From Mesotaenium endlicherianum (Eukaryota), in assembly GCA_009602735.1 (NCBI GenBank), contig WELA01002258.1:713546-752061 (forward strand): a stretch of 38,516 nucleotides of DNA, read 5' to 3'. The notes under the pieces are model-generated. The model saw only the letters and a program-made list of their open reading frames with translations, was not told the origin of the DNA and did no database searches. This document shows positions 24,329 through 35,215 of this stretch, piece by piece; position 1 is the stretch's first letter; the number at the start of each line of letters is the position of its first letter. Position numbers and translations under genes: made by a program.

Positions 24329-24767
24329 TGCAGATGTGGCCGAAAAGACCATCTGCAAAGGCGAGAAGCTGACGCCTGAGAAGGCCGTGGCTGCAACGGC
24401 TGCGGAGCGCGCGGATCATGACCGTCTGGTTCCAAGGAATGCTGGGAAGCTTCCTTAGACCTTTCGGATCACTCTCGATGAGAACGAGATTGCGCAGCTA
24501 CAACAAGCCAAGCCTGGGCCACGCAAGACATTTAGTTTTTCGCTGGAAAAGCTAAAGGCTCTGGTGGAACACCGGATTCAGCACATTCCTTGTCTTTCAC
24601 TCGCTGATCTGCGTCTTACATATCCTTTCACGATTGAGGAAGCCGGACAGCAGCTGGACCTAGCTAAGGAAGGCGCGAACAGCGCTTCGCTGCCAACTAA
24701 TTTCAGCACTGTGAGAGAGCAGAACAAGGATAGAGTTATGACGTTTAACAACTAGGCCGCTCCCAAT

Positions 24768-25110
24768 ATCCTATTGGACACAGGCGCACAGCCAGTAATC
24801 TTGGGAAAGCGAGCTGTGAAAGCTCTGGGATTGACGGCAAGGGACCTGAAAGAAAGTTCTTTCCAGTTGAGGACTGCATCTGGGCAAATTTCAAAGTCTT
24901 GTGGAATCACCCGCAAGCCTGTGGAAATCACAGTAAACTTGGGGAAACCTGAGGAAGCGTCACTGTTATAGAGTGTACGGTGACAGAGTCAGAAAACTAT
25001 GATGTTCTATTGGGGACAGAAGCTCTGATTCCCCTGGGTATGGTCATTGACCTGCGGAAGCAGAGGGTGACTTACCAGTCGACAGATCGGCAGCCGACAG
25101 GAGAAATTCC
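24768..25110 (+). pseudogene. Retroviral-like aspartic protease (disrupted near 24970)
   Basis: ILLDTGAQPVILG active-site motif; downstream YDVLLGTEAL..LGMVIDL..RVT. Confidence 0.88.
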
Positions 25111-25420
25111 TGTAAAAATGGTTTGCTCGGGAGAAGCAAACTACGGACTGCTAGACTGCTATGTGAATGACCAGTATCCAGACCATTATGACCTCATCAT
25201 GCAACGCAAAGAGAAGATCTACACCAGCATCAACATGCCGACTCCCTTGGTTTGGCAACCTTGGATTATGGAGCAACTAGAAGCTGTGAGTAACAAGGAC
25301 CGTGGCCCGCAAGAGCTGCTGCCTGTTCCTTATCTAGTTAAGAGTGTTGCCAATTTGATGCCTGGAGTAGACCCATTGCCGCAAGGCACTGTGAGGATGG
25401 AAGATCCTTTTCGCAGGAGA

Positions 25421-26390
25421 GGAGTAGTAATGCTGGAATTGTTCGCCGGACTTTGTACTGGAACCATCGCACTGATTCAGCGAGGTATCCGGGTATCCAA
25501 AGTGCCGTATGTGGACAATGATGAGAATGTTTTTACAGCTCTTGAGGAGGTCATGAGTCAGATGCGGCAAATGTACCATTTCAAGGCATTGGTGCCCACT
25601 AGTGTGGTGCGTCTTGCTGAAGGAAACATTCTCGATGTGAAGTCTGAGGACCTGGATGGTTACAGGATTGACTGGATTTTTGCGAGAATCCCTTGTCAAC
25701 CTTTCTCGCAAGCTGGGAACAGGAGGGGATTCAATGACCCGCGAGCACAACATTGGGGAAGGATGGTGAAGATCATCAGTATGCTGCGGGAACGCCAGCA
25801 TCTCTACCCACAAGTGCTTGTGATTGAGAATGTACATCCAGGGATGGATTACAACCAGATGAAGCCAGGAGATCCATGGCTGGTCTTCGACTCCACCCTG
25901 GGTCATCATGTATTGATCAACGACGCCAGGCACGGAGGACTCTCACACCGGGCCCGACTATTCTGGACCAACGGCATGTCCATTGAAATCCTGAGGGAGA
26001 TGGAGGAGATTACGCGGCGCACGCCAACGACAGTATCTGTGGGAGAAGCACTGATGGTGGAAACCAAGCCAGTGATCAGGAGGGATTCCTACCCACAGTA
26101 CGTCGTCAACGAGCCAGGCCGGCCGAGGGTGGTGCTGCCCACCTTCACAGCATACTCAGGATCACGCGCTTTCGTGAATGGAGTGGAGGACCAGGATTGG
26201 TCAAAGATGTGCACGATAGAGAAGCTCAGTGGAGAGAGCCGACAGCTGAAGAGAAGGGAAGGTGCCTGGGGGTACTCAACTCCATTGCACAAGAAATTTT
26301 TGCAATGGTGGGACAGGACAACGCTGGGAAGATATTCGGCAATATGATTGGGCATCACTCCATGACAGGGTTGGTAGAGACGATTATGAC
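25421..26390 (+). pseudogene. C5 cytosine DNA methyltransferase domain (DNMT3-like) within the retrotransposon polyprotein; one frameshift near 26183
   Basis: Motif I LELFAGLCTG (25433-25462); motif IV IPCQPFSQAG (catalytic Cys 25694-25696); motif VI VIENV (25820-25834); motif VIII HRARLFWTN (25946-25972; compare DNMT3 HRARYFWGN). After the frameshift, motif IX-like WREPTAEEKGRCLG (26230-26271) and motif X-like KIFGN (26329-26343). Confidence 0.9.
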
Positions 26391-28176
26391 TTGGCAACAG
26401 ATGATGTTCTCTGACAAGCCTATGCCCAGGCCGAGGCCGGTAACAATTGGAGTCCATGTGGTGCCAACCTCTGATCAGAGAGCTATCAGGGAAGCGTATC
26501 AGCAACAAAAAGAATATGCTGTTGAAAGAGACTTCGCTGAGGCTGACCAAGATGAAACACTCAGAGAAACCAGAGTGGTGGATCTGACCAGGTATCAAGA
26601 CCTATTGACGCGAATTGACAATCGGATGGCGACTCTACGCGACCCTCTGGAAATAGAGCAATGGAGGCTGCAAGAAGAAGTAACCATGGAAGACCAAGCA
26701 ACTGGTGCAGCAAACCCTTTGGTGAGCGCTGCAGTAAGCAAATCACAGGAGGTTCCAGCATCTGCAGAACGCTCCAGCCAAGTATTTAGGAGGATGTCGG
26801 AATGGGAAGAATATACCAGTTCTGAGTTACGAAACATGGCCCCAGACCAGGTCTTCGGGAGCCCATCCCCAGACGCGGTAACATCAAGATATGAAGAACG
26901 CCAGTGCAATATTGGCGAATGGGCCGAAGAACGCAGTCAGAATTCAGGAAATTCTGGAGGGTCTGGAAAGACCATTTGCCTGGAGGTGATTTTTGAAGAA
27001 CACAAGAAGGAGACAGCCAAGAGATTGCCCGCCACACTTGCTCTGATGAGCCCAGGGCCAGAGGCCAAAGGGCAACCACAAGACACAGTTGGCAACACAG
27101 CTGAGTCGATCACCAGGCAAATCATGGCGCAGTTGCTGGAAGCAGACGCCCCTCGACTCAAGGAAGAGAAAGTGGCGAAAGCAGCTCTCGCTCTACAGTC
27201 AGCCATCATCAACATGGCGAGGCTCAACACAGGAGGGGATGAAGAATTACCGCCTCCTAGAACAGAGAAGCCGGAGGAGGAAGAGGATGCAAAGATGCAA
27301 GGCCTCTCGGAGTTGGAGTCACCATCACTCAACAATGAAGGGGACATTAGGGAAGAAATTCCACGTTTTCCCACGCCAGAGTTGGATCTGCTTGACTTAC
27401 AAGAGCTGAGGACAGACGACTGGGTGGCTGACCACCTGATGGGGCCAAGCCCGGCAGACCTTTATGAAGAATTAAGGTCGCCAACATCCAGTTTTCCTTT
27501 TGCCAGTCTTCCAGTGGTAGAATCCAAGTCAACCGCACAACCGCCGCAACGGCAGGAGGTGACTGCCTGCACTGCTAATGTGGAGACAGCACAAGCAAAG
27601 CCCGAAAGTCGCGCAAGCAGACCAAGGAAGGTGGCCCGTGAGGGTAACGCATCTTTTAGGAGGATACTAAAGCAATATTTCAAGCATAAGGGGAAGGCTC
27701 AGAGAGAGGGCGTTTCGCGAAGAACCACAGCTCCACCTCCTCCGCCTCTGCGGGATATTCTGCAGAGAGAGGGAGAGGACGGTTTGGTTTGCAGGGTAAT
27801 GGCATTGGGCATTAGTGTGCCGCCAGGCATGAACACGCCCTCGTTGCAACTATCAGATCTTAGGATACAGAGGTCGGAGGAGCCTGCTCCTATGATACCT
27901 GCAATCCCAGGATCGGAACTGATGGATCTGAGAAACACCATCAGCCGCTTGACCGCAGCAGATGATGCCTTTCTCGCACAACTAGCGGCACCTCAAAGGC
28001 CGCAAACATTGGCGCAGGCATGGATGGTCACACCACCCGCAAGGGAGGAGTATGGCACGACCGTCGTCCGCATGGCTATTATTGAGCGAGAATGGGGCTG
28101 GGCGATCAGCCCTAGGACAGATCCAGCAGGTTTTCCAATGGCAACCCAACCTCAGTGCATGGGGCTCCCACAGTAG
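26391..28176 (+). CDS. Long stop-free polyprotein segment of unknown function (acidic/Pro-rich) between DNMT and RT
   Basis: Part of the 659-aa ORF 26197-28176; no domain I recognise. Confidence 0.55.
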
Positions 28177-28900
28177 TAGTCGCTAAAAAGGACGAGGCCG
28201 GCAATTACTCTGCCACTCGTATGTGTGGAGATTACAGGCGACTGAATCTCTACACGGAGCCAGATAGCTATGTGATGCCTACACCGGAAAGGATCTTTGC
28301 AATTGCCACCACCGGAAAGGTGTTTAGCATTATCGATATGCGCCAAGGCTTCAACCAGATCCCTGTGAAAACAGAAGGTCGAGGTAAGACAGCTTTCTGG
28401 GCTCAAAGGGAACTTTGGCAATGGACAGTAATGCCATTTGGACTGAAAAATGCCCCAGCCATATTTCAGAGGACTATGGATAAAGTGCTGGAGGGGCTGG
28501 ATTTTGCTAAGCCATACATTGACGATGTGGTAGTATTCAGCAAGTCCATAGAGGAGCACCTCGAGCACTTGGAACAAGTGTTCCAGCGCTTGGAGAAATT
28601 CCAGATGAAGCTGCATCCCGGGAAGTGCAGATTCTTTGAGGCACACGTGCCTTACCTAGGACATGAGATTGGGAACAATGCTTTGTCCCCTCATGCTGTG
28701 AAGACTGAGGCTATTTAAAAGATACCTGCACCTGCGAATGTGTCGAAGCTAAAAGCTCTGTTAGGGCTAAGCGGATACTATCGTAGGTTTGTGAAGGATT
28801 ATAGCAGAATTGCTAAACCCGTGACGAAACTCCTGAAAAAGGATGTACCTTTTGTGAGGACAGAAGCTCAGGAGAAAGCCATGAACGAGCTTAAGGAGCG
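28155..28900 (+). pseudogene. pol: Reverse transcriptase (gypsy-type), premature TAA at 28716
   Basis: VVVAKKD..RMCGDYRRLN, IDMRQGFNQI, MPFGLKNAPAIFQR, YIDD (28515-28526), KCRF..VPYLGH, LGLSGYYRRFV. Confidence 0.95.
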
Positions 28901-29310
28901 GCTGGTAACAGCCCTAGTCTTGCGAACGCCTGACTACTCCAAGCCGTTCAATCTGCACACTGACTGGAGTCGTGTGGGAATTGGCGCAGTACTCACTCAG
29001 GCCACAAGCCCTACAGAGGAGTATGTCATTGCCTATGCCTCACGCTCTAACAATCGAGCGGAGAGCAACTACTCGTCCTATGAAGGAGAGCTGCTGGCAG
29101 TGGTTTGGACGGTCACACACTTCAGAGAGTATCTGTGGGGAAGACCCTTCACACTGATCACGGATCACTCACCATTACTATGGCTGATGAAGAATGGAGA
29201 CCTCACTAGTAAGTTGGCTCGCTGGGCTCTTAAGCTGCAAGAGTACCAAATGACGGTGGTGCACAGAGCAGGAGTGCTCAACAACGAAGCCGATGGACCC
29301 AGCAGGAACC
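28901..29310 (+). pseudogene. RNase H (Ty3/gypsy type)
   Basis: FNLHTDWSRVGIGAVL, IAYASR, EGELLAVVW, FTLITDHSPL, RWALKLQEY, NNEADGPSR. Confidence 0.93.
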
Positions 29311-29612
29311 CAGATCCATCTTCAGACAACAGAACAGGAGCTCAAGAGGATGAAGACCCGAGCAGCCCAGCAGAGTTGGTGGCTTGCCTAGCCAAAATGG
29401 CTGGAATAGTAGCATCAGGTGAAGTTGAGCCTCTACCCCTATTAAGTCCAGAGATCTGGAAAGATCAAGCTACTATGCACTGGCTGAAGACGGGAACTCA
29501 CTTGGAAGGACTATCAGTGAAGGAGAAGGACCAGGTAAACCATTGAGCTAAAAGGTTTTGCTCAAAATGCAACAACCTCTTCAAAATTGAAGAAACTGGT
29601 CAGGAGAAGTTA

Positions 29613-30700
29613 GTGCCAGAACCCATCAAGAGACGAGCCCTTGTGCAGGAAATGCACGAGAACACTGGACACTATGGTGTCAAGAAGACATATAGTCTTT
29701 TGGAGCTGTCTTACTGGTGGAGGGGCATGAAGCAGCAGTATGAAGATGTGATCAAGGCCTGCCAAAGCTGTGATCGCGTCAAGGGTGGTTTTACACAGCA
29801 ACATCCACACTTGCAACCTTTGCCAATCATGGGCCTAGGCTACCGTTGGAGCTGCGATCTCGCAGGTGAGCTACCGCTGTCTAAGCGAGGTAACAAGTAT
29901 ATCATGGTCATGATTGAGCATTTCTCTAAGTGGATAGAGGTTGTCCCTCTGACTGCTAAGGAGAGTCTAGGGACCGCGGAAACGTTCCTCAATGGTGTGA
30001 TTGTGCGTCATTATGCTCCAGCAGAAGTGCTGACAGACCAAGGGTCTGAGTTCCAAGGGTCTTTTCAGAAACTCTTGGATAGATGCTTCATCGATCATCG
30101 CACTACGTCTAGAGATCATCCACAAGCAGATGGTCTAGCAGAAAGGATGGTGCAAACCATTAAGTCTGCTTTGTGCATGTTTTGCCTTGAGCATGACAAG
30201 CGTGACTGGGATCTAGCCCTGCCATGGCTGGTTATGGGTTACAGATTAGCAAGCAGGCTGCCTTGGCAAATTACTCACCATATCAGATACTGTTTGGCAG
30301 AAGTCCAGTAGTGCCCAGCAGCATCAAGCAGGAGATTGAACAGGTGAAAGACCTGGACAGCCTTGATGAACTGTTAAAAGTGATGGTGCGCCGTAAGGCG
30401 TTATTTGAGCGCATGATACCGGCTGCACTAGACAATCTGAAAATTGCACAGAAAAGAGATATGCAACATTACGCCAGGACGCGAGACGGGAGCTACCGCC
30501 TGCAGATGACGCGGATTCAAGAAGGAGACTTTGTCTACCGCAAGCGCTAGACCAAGACCACCATCGACACCAGTTCAGGTGCAGTGATCTTGCGCGTGAA
30601 ACATGCGTTTGACAATGGTGTGTTAAAACTGGAAGGTTCTGATGGTAAAACCATGAGAGACCACGTGCAGAATTGCTCGCTATGCCATTTGCCGAATATT
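29613..30700 (+). pseudogene. DDE integrase with HHCC zinc finger and C-terminal extension (frameshift ~30245, stop 30548)
   Basis: H..GHYG..C(QS)C; WSCDLAG; VLTDQG; HPQADGLAERMVQTIK; SPYQILFGR; GDFVY. Confidence 0.93.
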
Positions 30701-30748
30701 GATCCCACAGTTAGGGTTGTGCCCGAGGAATTGGTGCCGGCCACGCCT

Positions 30749-30877
30749 TGTGCCAGCTGCAAAGTGCTGGACGATCAGGAAGCAATGGTAACTTGCGATA
30801 AGTGTGGTGCCTGTTGGCACACTTTCTGCATTGGCGAGGAAGAAATTATGGCAGGACGATGGGAATGTCCTGATTGC
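30749..30877 (+). CDS. PHD finger (C4HC3) at the integrase C-terminus
   Basis: CASCKVLDDQEAMVTCDKCGACWHTFCIGEEEIMAGRWECPDC; all 8 zinc ligands and the conserved Trp are present; polyprotein stop at 30911-30913. Confidence 0.92.
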
Positions 30878-30948
30878 CATCCTAAAACCCCTAGCCGCAG
30901 GGCTGGAAAATAATAGCTTTCAGCAGGAAAGGCAGGGACGCCTCAGCT

Positions 30949-30960
30949 GAAAGGGAGGGG
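30949..30960 (+). promoter_or_regulatory. Polypurine tract
   Basis: GAAAGGGAGGGG immediately before TGTT at 30961. Confidence 0.85.
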
Positions 30961-31264
30961 TGTTAGAGGAATTAAGGCAAGGCAAGTATTTTTAAATTTT
31001 CTGCTGAAAGTCTTAGGATAAGCAGATGGTGAGAGCCGGGTGATAGAGAACGTCACCTTGAGTGTTGGTCAAGGCTATATGGTGCAAGTTCAGGAACCCA
31101 GGGATAGGTTAACCCTGGTAAGGCTTGTCACCGACACACGTGCAAAGGTCGATCGACCATGTCTGCCACACGTGAGGAGGGCCACCAACACATCAACCAG
31201 GCCGAAGGCACACGTGCTGGAAGGCTACGCACGTGCCGAGAAACCGACACTGTTAGGCACAACA
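30961..31264 (+). repeat. Repeat B (304 bp, TGTT...AACA, LTR-like), first copy
   Basis: Follows the PPT; inverted termini; nearly identical to 32493-32796. Confidence 0.92.
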
Positions 31265-31266
31265 GC

Positions 31267-32492
31267 TGTCGCGACTATTATCCGTTTGACGGTGTTGCAC
31301 GCGCAGCGCAAGCTACGGCCACCTAGTGCTGAAAGTCAACGTTGACTCACCGACCACTTGACTGATTACATCGCAGTTAGCGGTTATGGCGGCGTCAAGA
31401 CCACTGGCAAGGGGTCAATGTCAGTGTGCCCCACACCCAGGGATGGGGGAGATTTTGACAAGACAACCGCGAGGCTAGGAGCTGGGGATCAGCAATGAGC
31501 CGCCCAGCAAGTACCAGGTCAGGTACTGTGTGACTGGCAGATTAAGCCAGGTCATGGCTGCAATGCCAAGATAGGTTACGGCCGCCCGGTTGGGAAAACT
31601 TGAGCAAGTGGCATTTGCTTGCACGCCGCTCAGGAATTCTTAGCCATGAGCCAATTAGGCGTGACTGCCAGCTGAGAAGCTAAGCAGCCACGCGCGACAG
31701 TCACAAGGTGTGCATGCATGCTGAGTGACTACGAGTTTGAGTTGAGCATGGCTAGGCAGAGGCGACATGCAGCTAAGTTGTGTGACTAAGCACGGCATTC
31801 TCGAAAGATGACGCTGTGTGGTGCCTGCGAAAGGCACGAATCTTGCCTGAGACATGTCATTCACTCTCACGCACCTTTGCCAAGAAGCAGAAGGAAAGAG
31901 AAGAAGGGCGCGAAAAAGAAGAAGGAGTTCCCAAGGCCATTGGAGGGCCAAAGCCCCACGCTTCTGACGACGCCGAAGATTCTTCTGTGTATCATAGATA
32001 AGTTAGGATTGTAGGAGTTCCCAAGAGGGAATCTCACGGTTGAAGAAGGAGAACTGCAGAATAGAATTTGCTAGGAGATTAGCACAGAGTCAGCCGAACG
32101 CCACAAGTGTGTGTGTGAAGCAGCCTTAAAATGGTGAGTTGAGTGTTGATTTCCAAGTTCTCAGAAGTCGCATTCGCATCTCGAAGAGAGAGAGTAGTAT
32201 TGACAGATAAAGCTCTCAGTGAAGAACTGAGTGAGCCCAGCCTGGCAGTGAAGAGCTGTTAAGGCGCGGTGTTATGTGAAGAGCTTGATTCAGGCCAGCA
32301 TAGACGTGGTTTCAGAGTTTTGTAAGCTGACTTGTGGAAGTTAAGCGAAAGCCCGAAGGGCAATTTTCTCTGAATCTGACGTTGCATGTCAAGCTGTTTA
32401 GAGTGTGATTTCTGCTAACTACGATTTGCTCACCTGTGAATCCAAGAACCTTAAGGCATAAAGCCTATGTGGAAGTAAGAGACTTCCATCCT
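31267..32492 (+). repeat. Repeat A' (1226 bp), second copy of 21270-22509
   Basis: Direct alignment by eye from TGTCGCGACTATTATCCG to GAGACTTCCATCCT. Confidence 0.93.
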
Positions 32493-32796
32493 TGTAAGAG
32501 GAATCAAGGCAAGGCAAGTATTTTCAAATTTTCTGCTAAAAGTCTTAGGATAAGCAGATGGTGAGAGCCGGGTGATAGAGAACGTCACCCTGAGTGTTGG
32601 TCAAGGCTGTATGGTGCAAGTTCAGGAACCCAGGGATGGGTTAACCCTGGTAAGGCTTGTCACCGACACACGTGCAAAGGTCGATCGACCATGTCTGCCA
32701 CACGTGAGGAGGGCCACCGACACATCAACCAGGCCGAAGGCACACGTGCTGGAAGGCTACGCACGTGCCGAGGGACCGACACTGTTAGGCACAACA
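32493..32796 (+). repeat. Repeat B' (304 bp), right terminus of the element
   Basis: TGTAAGAGGAATC...TAGGCACAACA followed by CTCA. Confidence 0.92.
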
Positions 32797-33319
32797 CTCA
32801 TTGTTGCACGTTTAACAATTGAACAATGAGAGAGTTGTTAGCGTGCTTTTCAAATAGCCATGATGAATTTCTTGCATGTAACCCTGAAAATGTGCATTTC
32901 ACGAAACAGTGTGCTTCAGTCCCCCAGCATAGTTCTTTGTGGTGGCGTGCGTCAAATCCCCGCCCCCGTTGTCCACGTGAGTTCGACCCCACATTCTCTG
33001 CAGGCAGCAGGCCTTTATTGAGGTGTGGGTGGAGGACGCTGCCACCTGTCCCATTGAGGAGGTCTCTGTGGCGCTCTTCTAGGGAGGGGCACCTGTCGCA
33101 GTGGAGAAGAAGGAGGCTGACGCATTGTATGACCTAAAGAAGTTGGAGAGGGAGCTGGCGGGCGTGGAGCATTGCCAACCTGGCGGGGCTGCAGGAGCGC
33201 CTCTCGGTCGTCAACCCGTTCAACCTCCTTATACATGAGTTAACTGATTGCATGACTGATGCACGTTCACTCGCATTTGACTTATGAGTATTGGAACGCT
33301 AGTTGTGAAGTCTTTTGCT

Positions 33320-35215
33320 GATTATTAGGTAATCAAAAAACCCCATAAGATTACTTGATGACGTAAAATCTTTTAACAATTGTTAATCGTCTATCGATAA
33401 GTCAATTCATTTCAGTGGTATTGGAGTTGGTGTCTTAGATTCCTTTGTATGGTAAGGACGCGGTCTCAAAATAGCAACTCTTGAGATATGGAGGGTCAAG
33501 ATAACGAGAAGAGGGAAATTCTAGGTGAAAATGAAGATGATAAATGTTGTACTTATGCTGAAGTTCTTGCGCCTAAAGAGGCTAGAGAAGCCGAGGAAAC
33601 GGCGACGGCCTTTGTTGTAGTAGCAGCTTAGCAAGTTGAAAAATATCTCATTAGAACAGAGGCCGAATGTTTGGCTAAAGCAGAGGACGAGGCAGCTGCT
33701 GAAAAGCGGCGTCTGGGTGACAACAGCACGGTTGAAGAGATGATGGCAGAAAGGGCCACTCTCCAAAACGAGCTTCCTGATGGAGCTACTACTGTACCTT
33801 TCACCCTGGAGCTACTACTGTACCTTTCACCCAGATAAATAGACAGTTAAGCGAGACAGGACTTGCTAATGCAGCAGCAAGAGGAAATGCCAAATCTGTT
33901 GCTAAGCAATTGAATGCTGCTGCTGCTGCTATTGGTGGATTGCAACCTCAGAATGTTGATTTGGGTGCATTGTTCGTTCAAATGCAGTCTCAGATGACAA
34001 TGATGTATCAATCCCAACTGGAGGATTAGAGGATTATGATAGCATTGTTGCGTAAGACAGACCAACCGGGGTCTCACACTACTGGTGGTGGCAGGGGGCC
34101 TAGCAAGCTCAAGCCAAAGTCACCTCAAGACTATGACCCCGAGGGAAACAAAAAGTATTCCTTGACAAAGTTTCTCGGTGATGTTGAGCAGTGGCTGGAG
34201 AATTATCCAAACATGCAAGATTTTGGAATATTTAGACACACCGGTGCTCTACTGAAAGACAGCACAGCAGACTGGTGGCTACTCTACAAAGGAGAACGGA
34301 AGGCTAAACAACTCGATGACCCTACATGGGAAGAGTTCCGTTGAGCAATTGCACAAGAAATTTGATGTCATCAATCAGATGGAAAAAGCTATCTCTGCAA
34401 TGATCTCCTTGTCACTGGAGCAAATTACTTCAGTTGGTGAGTATGCACAGAAGTTCCAAGAAAATATGATGAAGAAACCTGCATTGTCACAGCTATCTAG
34501 AATTGCATACTTCCAGTTTGGCTTGAAGTCTGAGATCTCGAGTCATTTTGCTAAGAAGAAGTATGATAAGCTGGCTCACTTGATCCAAAATATTGATGCT
34601 TGGGATCAACGGGGATTCAACTATAACTTGGCACCCACCAGTGTCGCTCCTTGTGTCCTGTATGGATGGCAAATGAAGGAAAAAGAAAGGCTTCGAGGAA
34701 GATGCAAGTTGCTGAATACAATGGAGTTCGTCTAAAGCTGGAACCTCAAGGAAGATATAATGTTCTGTTTGTTGCTCAAAGAGTTCCCTCCTCAACCTGA
34801 GGAAAGAGTAAGCGCTCCGGAGCACCCCACCGCCGCGATAATTGTTGCTCAGTATGATGGTGTTTTTAACATGCCCCCAAGACTGCCCCCTAAGAGGGAG
34901 GTAGATCATAAGATTGATCTGGTACCCGGAGGCAGCCTCCTTGGCAGCGTACGCATGGCTTGTTCTATGTGGAGATTGAGGAGTCAAAAACACGAATTCT
35001 AAAAGTTCAGGAGAAGAGTCACATATCTCCTAGTATGTCCCCTTATGGCGCACCCATTCTACTTGTTCAGAAAAAGGATGGCAGTATGCGTATGTGTATG
35101 GACTACAAACCTAAAATTAGAATCACGTTAAAAAAATTGATGTGCTTTACCTAGGATTGAGGATCTGCTTGATACAGTGTCTAGAGCTAAAGTGTTAAAT
35201 AAAATTGACCTTGAT
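33320..35215 (+). mobile_element. Degenerate, truncated Ty3/gypsy element: LTR 3' end, decayed Met PBS, gag, start of RT
   Basis: ..ATTCATTTCA (33414) + TGGTATTGGAG; gag-like FLGDVEQW..TADWW..PTWEEF; LPPKREVDHKIDLVPG, SPYGAPILLVQKKDGSMRMCMDY, LPRIEDLLDTVSRAKVLNKIDL. Confidence 0.85.

Larger units (their letters stand above)
21270..32796 (+). mobile_element. Ty3/gypsy-type retrotransposon carrying a C5 DNA methyltransferase and a PHD finger, with split direct repeats A-internal-B-A'-B'; degenerate
   Basis: Starts TG (21270), ends CA (32796), flanked by CTCA at 21266-21269 and 32797-32800. Domain order gag-PR-DNMT-RT-RH-IN-PHD. Multiple stops and frameshifts. Confidence 0.88.

Noticed and set aside
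31040..31345. Short ORFs within repeats A and B
   Set aside because: They recur only because the repeats are duplicated; no protein-like features.
21270..32796. DIRS/Ngaro tyrosine-recombinase element
   Set aside because: No tyrosine recombinase motif recognised; a DDE integrase, protease and PPT are present.
33781..33832. Perfect 26-bp tandem duplication in decayed gag
   Set aside because: Ordinary slippage or repair mutation in a dead element.
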